In this document: one piece after another, positions 42,341 to 47,096 of the stretch
How the letters are laid out: each line of letters starts with the position of its first letter
How positions within the stretch are numbered: position 1 is the first letter of the stretch
Source: a virus
IMG/VR virus record: IMGVR_UViG_3300011400_000001
Span: 1 to 47,096 of that record
DNA: 47,096 nt
Reading direction: 5' to 3' (one strand)
Position numbers and translations under genes: made by a program
Notes under the pieces: generated by a model
Seen by the model: the letters and a program-made list of their open reading frames with translations, nothing else
Database searches by the model: none
Told to the model about the DNA's origin: nothing

Positions 42341-42574
42341 ATGAAACTAATCCCATTGAGGAACACATGGATGGCTACTATTTATTTACACGGTAAAGTA
42401 GTGCATTGTAAAACCTTTGAGAACTTCGAAGACGCCGTAGCCGCTAGAAAATGTTGGGAGAAGGAACTATTTGGAGAGTTCGCTTGTCAAAACCCAGAAC
42501 GCCTTCCTACAAGACCAAGAGGCGTTGACTCTCTTACAGAGCCATCAGTGTCTCATCTTGAAGAGTTTTGCTAG
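42341..42574 (+). CDS. Stand-alone AP2-domain protein (77 aa)
   Basis: WMATIYLHGKVVHCKTFENFEDAVAARKCWEKELFGEFACQNP follows the AP2 pattern W.A.I...GK...G.F...E.A..A......GEFA..N. It is inserted among internal-protein genes. Confidence 0.6.
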   Translation: MKLIPLRNTWMATIYLHGKVVHCKTFENFEDAVAARKCWEKELFGEFACQNPERLPTRPRGVDSLTEPSVSHLEEFC

Positions 42575-42586
42575 AAGGAATTTTTT

Positions 42587-43528
42587 ATGGCACTAATAAA
42601 CTATAGCCCGTGGGCTGATGCGGCAAATGTGGGAAGTGGTTTAGGGGCTTCGTTGACGAACCTTCTAATCGAACTGCCGAAGATTCGTCAGCAGCAAGCA
42701 CTTCTTCAGGCACATCAGCAACTTTACGGTGCGCAGGCAGGATTGTATCAAGCCGAAGCCGAACGCAATAGGGCGCAAATCCCGACGTATCAGGCACAAG
42801 TCGCTGCGGATACGGCGAGAGCAGGTACCTATAATGCAGAGAGGGACTTGTATTCTGCAAGAGCTAAAGAGATTGGTTCGGTAGAAATGGCAAAGGAACG
42901 GCTTGGTAACGCTCTCCGACAGATTCCGTCGACCTTAGCAGCGGGTGGTTCGATTGATCCGTTAATAGCTGACGTGGTGGACAATATGGCGAGGCTGCCT
43001 CACGCAGATAGGGCAAGCCTTGGCGAATCGTTGGCGCAGATGCTTGAAATGTCTAAGCCGAAGTTCCGCACTAACCTTGGACTTGGAAACAAGGGCGATC
43101 CGTTTAACGTTCCCGCTGGTGCGACAGCGATTGATCCCTCAGTGCAGCCAGGGCAGCCAGGACAGATAGTCTATCAGTCGCCAAGAACAACGGGATATGG
43201 ACAAGACCTTGTAGACCCGGCAACTAAAGAAGTCATCGCGTCAGGGCGAGATAGACCTTTAGGTGATGCTATCCATAGCGGGGTATTTGGGGCTGCCGCA
43301 AGAGGTTACTTTGATCCTTTCGCAACGGACGCGAAGAAGAACGCTATCTTAGAAAGTATTCCTCAGTTCCTTCAAGCGTTACCGGGACAAGGAATGCCAA
43401 CGAAGGCACCTCCGATGGTACCGGGACGGAAGCCAGCGCAGGGAGGCGCGGTGAACCCAAGATACAATCCTGCAACCGGTCAGGTGGAGAAGTACGACCC
43501 CGCGACGGGGAGATGGATTCCGCAATAG
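42587..43528 (+). CDS. Internal virion protein (putative), 313 aa
   Basis: Q/A-rich coiled-coil N-terminal half. The stop TAG overlaps the first bases of element copy 9. Confidence 0.5.
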   Translation: MALINYSPWADAANVGSGLGASLTNLLIELPKIRQQQALLQAHQQLYGAQAGLYQAEAERNRAQIPTYQAQVAADTARAGTYNAERDLYSARAKEIGSVEMAKERLGNALRQIPSTLAAGGSIDPLIADVVDNMARLPHADRASLGESLAQMLEMSKPKFRTNLGLGNKGDPFNVPAGATAIDPSVQPGQPGQIVYQSPRTTGYGQDLVDPATKEVIASGRDRPLGDAIHSGVFGAAARGYFDPFATDAKKNAILESIPQFLQALPGQGMPTKAPPMVPGRKPAQGGAVNPRYNPATGQVEKYDPATGRWIPQ

Positions 43529-43553
43529 TGCGGTTCAGAAAATGAACAGGACG
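43527..43553 (-). promoter_or_regulatory. 27-nt element, copy 9, inverted relative to local transcription (plus strand AGTGCGGTTCAGAAAATGAACAGGACG; reverse complement CGTCCTGTTCATTTTCTGAACCGCACT)
   Basis: Overlaps the TAG stop of 42587..43528 and lies 7 nt before ATG 43561 of the giant gene. Confidence 0.75.
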
Positions 43554-43560
43554 ATAAGAT

Positions 43561-46500
43561 ATGCCGCAGACGATTGATATTCCCGACGTCGGGGCGATAG
43601 ACTTCCCAGACGAGATGTCTCCCGAAGAGGTCGCTGCGACAGCAGGACGCCTCTTTAGCGAGGCAAAGAGCAACGCTGTTAGGCTTCAACGACCACATCC
43701 TTACACCAGCACAACAGTTGGTGGTCCACGCACTTCGTTGGTTCCCGCTTCCGTCGCCTTGGGTTCCCTTCTTCAAGAACAGCAAATGGCGGTACGTCCC
43801 GGCGACGAACCGCTTCCACTTCCTGAGCCGAGCCAAGCATTCATTGACCGCAATCCTGTTCTTGGATCGTTTCTTCAAAGGTCTTCTCAGATTGCTGGTG
43901 GCTTAGGTTCGAGGAACTCTTTATTGTCATTGCCTTTGTTTGCTGTTCCTTACGTTGGCCCTGGTTTAGCGTTAGGTCTCGGTGCGAAGGGTCTTGGAGC
44001 TGGGTTAGGGGAGGTCTTTTCCGGTCCTTCATTATCACAACCACTTGGCACGGGAGAAAGCGTTGGTGGAGGTTCTGCTGAAACCTTCGCAAACGCTTTA
44101 ATGCTCGCAGTAGGGGGCCACCAAGCAAGGCGTCCGATTGCAGAAGCTACTCCGCAAGGTCAGGCAAGGTATGCTTTGATGGACGAGTTGGTAAAGGAGC
44201 CTACATTTGCTAGAACGGCTGATCCCCCGCCGCAACGACAGCTTGGTATGTCGTTGGCTAACATTTTGCAAGACCCGGATATAAGAGGGTTAGTAGAGAG
44301 GGTCTTACAGGAAACTACCCCTGCCGGACGAATCGTTAAGCCGGGTCAGCCACGTGCGTTAGGAGAGTTGCAAGAACTTGCGTATCCGGAAGAGCATGTG
44401 GCACCGTCGGAGGTTGGTCTTGTTGCAGGCGGTCCTGCAACGGCAAGGATAGAACGTCCTGGTGGCGGTGCGGCTCTTAGCGGCAAGATCAGTTTCGCCG
44501 CAGAAGCGCCGACAATGACTAGTGTTGTGCCGCAGCCGGAGCGGACGTTAAGCGAACAAGAACGACTAATGCAGCAATCCTTTGTTCCAGCGAAAGGAAC
44601 CGCTGCGTTGGCAGAACAGAAAGGAGGACCGATTGGCAAGACAGCTAAACCTACCATTCAGCCTGGCGGAGCGCAAGGCGTGGGAAAACCGTCGGGCCTT
44701 GGAGTTAAGGCGGCGCAAGAACGTGCAGCAAGCGAGCGTGGGCAAACTGGTGCTATCCGACCGGAAGGATCAGAGAGGCGGCAAGCGGAGCTTTGGAACA
44801 ACCTCTTAGAGAAAGTGAAAGGCCTGAAAGGAATGACAGGGCTGCCGGATGTAGTTCTGCCGCTTGACCCGGAAAGGATGACGGATCGCCCGGAAGGACT
44901 GGAAGGTGTGCGACGTTGGCCAGTCGGGGTAGAGGGGGTAGAGTCTTTACCAGGGTGGCCAATAGTGGTTCGGCATTTGAACGATGAGCAGCTTGCGGAC
45001 ATAGCCGGCAATGTTGAGGTCGCTTTGATTGATGCCGAGCGGTCAGGAAGTCCAGACGCAGTGGATTACCAACATATCTTCGGAAGGGTTACGAATGAGC
45101 TGAACCGACGCGGATTGCCGAATCCGAGTCGACCGGGCGGTTTTGGACCGAGCGAAGCCGAAGAACCGAAGCAACCAGGTATCACGATTCCGCAACCCGA
45201 AGAAGGGTGGGTTTCAGCCTTTGATCGACGGAAGAAAAGCCAAGAGGGTAGCTTTGTGCTTCCTGGACCAGAGCTGATGCGAACGGCGAGCGGGTTTAAG
45301 AAGACAGCAACTATCGCGGGACAGCAGCTTTTGAATAGGGTTAGGAATTTGTTGCACCCAGATGAGTTTAAGGCGTATGAGAATAGCGGACTGAGGACCT
45401 TTCTGGCCCGTCCTCGGTCGCCCGACGAGGTTGCGAAGTGGATGGAAGCGAATGGGCCGAAGGTTGACGTTCATGCGTATGGGATGGAAGGAGTGGTGAG
45501 TGAGGCGAAAAGAGAGTACGATAAGATGTCGCATGAGTGGTTGGATACTTTGGATGGAGGAAGTCGGGATACAGTAAAAAGAGCAGAGGGACTCTTTGCT
45601 AGAAATGAAGATGCAAAAGCGTACGCAGAACTGGCAAACATCGGAACACAAAACTATACTAAAGCTCACCGCTTCTTAGAGATAGGTCGGCAGATAAAAA
45701 ACGAGCCTCGTGATACCTCCCCTCGCGCAACCTCCGCCTACGAGCATGTTTCTGCCTTCGACACACATCAGCCGATGCCTGAGTGGACGAAGAGCAAGAG
45801 TAGAAGGAATGTGCAGAGGGTGGATGTGGTGATACCGAGAACTACAGAAAAGCTAGGCGTAGATAAAGATGCTAGTAGCCAGATGTGGACGGATGAAGAA
45901 CGTAAGCTAGCTAATGATTTGTGGACTCCGGATAAGGTTCACGAAAACCTTCCCAACACCCTCGGTTGGGCGATGATACAATATAAGACTGGTCCGAAAG
46001 GGGAAAAGATGGCGGTGATGGGAGAGGTGCAGAGTAGGTGGGGGCAGGAACGCAGGGAAGCTGTTAAAAGCATAGAAAACAAAGAGGGTGATAACCGAGG
46101 AACAAGAGCGTATCGTATTAACGAGGCAGCTAAAATACCAGACCACCCTCTCCTTCGCGACTACAACCGTCTCATTCTCAAAGCTGCGATTGACCAAGCG
46201 ACTAAGGAAGGTGCAACGCATATCGTCCTACCCGATGAGAAGACGGCAATGATGAACGAGGGGCATGATCTTGACCCTCCTTCCTTTGTTAAGCCCTCTG
46301 CTGCGAATGTCCGTCTTGCAAAACAGCTTCTCGAAGGGAACGATCTCCATGGTCTCTATAAGACTGACTTAGAAAAGCTTGCGGAGGGTGAGGAGATTGA
46401 GGCTGCTTTTCCTGGTAAATGGCAAGGTCCTGGATTCGAGTTGGATAGAAAGGTTTCAGAGGAAGCCGGAATGCGTCTGAACTACGGCATTACCCTACCA

Positions 46501-47096
46501 AAGATAGCGGAGGAACTTACTGGTAGCAAAGGTGAGGAGGTCGACCTTGGTCAGCATAAGAACGCCTTTGACTACGAGGATGTAGGTACTGGAAGGCGGC
46601 GATTGTATCCAACAGAGGAAGAAGGCCGTTGGGTTTCAAAAATACGCAAAGACCTAATCTTCAAGAATCCGGACGAATCTTTCAAGACCTCCGTTACGGG
46701 ACGCTCCTACGATCTTGCAAAGGTTAAGCAACGCACCGAGCCTTTCAAGCTGTTCGGCTCAGACAAGATGGAGAAACAAACCCCGGCGGGTCTGAGAATC
46801 AAGGAAGCTCAAGAACGTGGAGCACGGCAACGTGGTGAAACAGGGGCCATCTTTCCTGAAGGGTCTGAACGTAGATTTAGGAACCTTTACGAAGGCAAAG
46901 TTTGGTTTAATAACCTTCCAGAAGTTCTAAGAAGAAGCGTAAGACGTTTTCTAAACGAGTCTTATAGTAGTCCTGATGAAGCTATGACCACTATATGGAG
47001 AACGCAGTTTATTAACGATTTACCAAAGGGAGCCAACGTCGAAGAATGGACAAGTAAATTAGACGAATACGTTAACCTAGCGTTGGGAGAAAGGCA
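43561..47096 (+). CDS. Giant virion-associated (internal/ejection-type, polyvalent-like) protein, N-terminal part; continues in frame at 1..2992 across the circular junction (non-redundant 43561..46973 + 1..2992 = 6405 nt, ~2134 aa)
   Basis: ATG 43561 directly follows an in-frame TAA (43555-43557). My manual frame-1 translation found no stop up to 47096. The ORF track lists nothing here because the ORF has no stop in the window. The ATG at 46984 (= window position 11) is in the same frame. The gene sits after internal-virion-protein-like genes, as T7 gp15/gp16 do. Confidence 0.8.
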   Translation, partial: MPQTIDIPDVGAIDFPDEMSPEEVAATAGRLFSEAKSNAVRLQRPHPYTSTTVGGPRTSLVPASVALGSLLQEQQMAVRPGDEPLPLPEPSQAFIDRNPVLGSFLQRSSQIAGGLGSRNSLLSLPLFAVPYVGPGLALGLGAKGLGAGLGEVFSGPSLSQPLGTGESVGGGSAETFANALMLAVGGHQARRPIAEATPQGQARYALMDELVKEPTFARTADPPPQRQLGMSLANILQDPDIRGLVERVLQETTPAGRIVKPGQPRALGELQELAYPEEHVAPSEVGLVAGGPATARIERPGGGAALSGKISFAAEAPTMTSVVPQPERTLSEQERLMQQSFVPAKGTAALAEQKGGPIGKTAKPTIQPGGAQGVGKPSGLGVKAAQERAASERGQTGAIRPEGSERRQAELWNNLLEKVKGLKGMTGLPDVVLPLDPERMTDRPEGLEGVRRWPVGVEGVESLPGWPIVVRHLNDEQLADIAGNVEVALIDAERSGSPDAVDYQHIFGRVTNELNRRGLPNPSRPGGFGPSEAEEPKQPGITIPQPEEGWVSAFDRRKKSQEGSFVLPGPELMRTASGFKKTATIAGQQLLNRVRNLLHPDEFKAYENSGLRTFLARPRSPDEVAKWMEANGPKVDVHAYGMEGVVSEAKREYDKMSHEWLDTLDGGSRDTVKRAEGLFARNEDAKAYAELANIGTQNYTKAHRFLEIGRQIKNEPRDTSPRATSAYEHVSAFDTHQPMPEWTKSKSRRNVQRVDVVIPRTTEKLGVDKDASSQMWTDEERKLANDLWTPDKVHENLPNTLGWAMIQYKTGPKGEKMAVMGEVQSRWGQERREAVKSIENKEGDNRGTRAYRINEAAKIPDHPLLRDYNRLILKAAIDQATKEGATHIVLPDEKTAMMNEGHDLDPPSFVKPSAANVRLAKQLLEGNDLHGLYKTDLEKLAEGEEIEAAFPGKWQGPGFELDRKVSEEAGMRLNYGITLPKIAEELTGSKGEEVDLGQHKNAFDYEDVGTGRRRLYPTEEEGRWVSKIRKDLIFKNPDESFKTSVTGRSYDLAKVKQRTEPFKLFGSDKMEKQTPAGLRIKEAQERGARQRGETGAIFPEGSERRFRNLYEGKVWFNNLPEVLRRSVRRFLNESYSSPDEAMTTIWRTQFINDLPKGANVEEWTSKLDEYVNLALGER
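46974..47096. repeat. Right copy of the exact 123-bp terminal duplication (= 1..123)
   Basis: Same as the left copy. The window ends exactly where identity would continue into position 124. Confidence 0.95.

Noticed and set aside
3158-43553. The 27-nt element as a host LexA/SOS box or as ordinary Rho-independent terminators
   Set aside because: Its half-sites TGTTC/GAACA match the half-sites of the LexA motif I recall being reported for Verrucomicrobia (TGTTC-N4-GAACA), but the spacing here is N7. Conservation also extends asymmetrically into the outer arms. No copy has a downstream T-tract, and several copies sit upstream of genes rather than at operon ends. Both ideas are kept only as low-probability alternatives.
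2992-43561. The giant protein as an N4-like virion RNA polymerase that would read the hairpin elements as promoters
   Set aside because: I could not find T7-like motifs (T/DxxGR, motif A Asp, Rx3Kx7YG, HD[SA]) or double-psi beta-barrel DxDGD-type motifs by eye. The elements also occur in late regions and in both contexts (after stops, before starts). It is mentioned only as a speculative test.

Overview
The window is one complete, circularly closed dsDNA phage genome of about 46,973 bp. Bases 1-123 are identical to 46974-47096. This duplication lies inside a single giant ORF (43561 -> junction -> 2992, about 2134 aa), so it is a circular-closure or assembly overlap, not a non-coding terminal repeat.

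Layout:
- A minus-strand early/replication arm runs 20988 -> 2989. It carries small early genes, an SF1 helicase, a PD-(D/E)XK Fe-S nuclease, a Sak4-like ATPase, MazG, a DUF669-like SSB, an NTP-PPase-like+DHH/DHHA1 fusion, a ParB-MTase fusion, a UDG-like+family-A DNA polymerase fusion, an AP2 protein and a P-loop NTPase.
- A plus-strand late arm runs 21512 -> 2992. It carries a terS-like gene, a DEDDh exonuclease, terL, a GIY-YIG-like relic, portal, scaffold and major capsid. These are followed by a ~6 kb accessory block with signal-peptide, lipoprotein and membrane proteins and two orphan CheY-like receiver proteins. After that come T7-gp12-like tail proteins, Gln-rich internal proteins and the giant protein.
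- One reverse-oriented, GC3-rich moron-like gene (22755..23126) sits between ~0.5 kb non-coding flanks.

I saw no tRNA, rRNA, CRISPR, integrase, RNA polymerase or recognisable endolysin. Start codons mostly lack Shine-Dalgarno sequences and many genes are coupled by ATGA overlaps.

The strongest unexplained signal is a 27-nt, strand-aware, hairpin-forming element (sense consensus CGTCCTGTTCAT-N3-ATGAACAGCACG). It occurs nine times, almost always exactly at gene or module boundaries: flush with stop codons and/or 7-18 nt before the next ATG. The second candidate system is the TM protein - REC - lipoprotein - small ORF - REC cassette in the late region.

All functional calls come from motif recognition by eye. 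No database search was possible.
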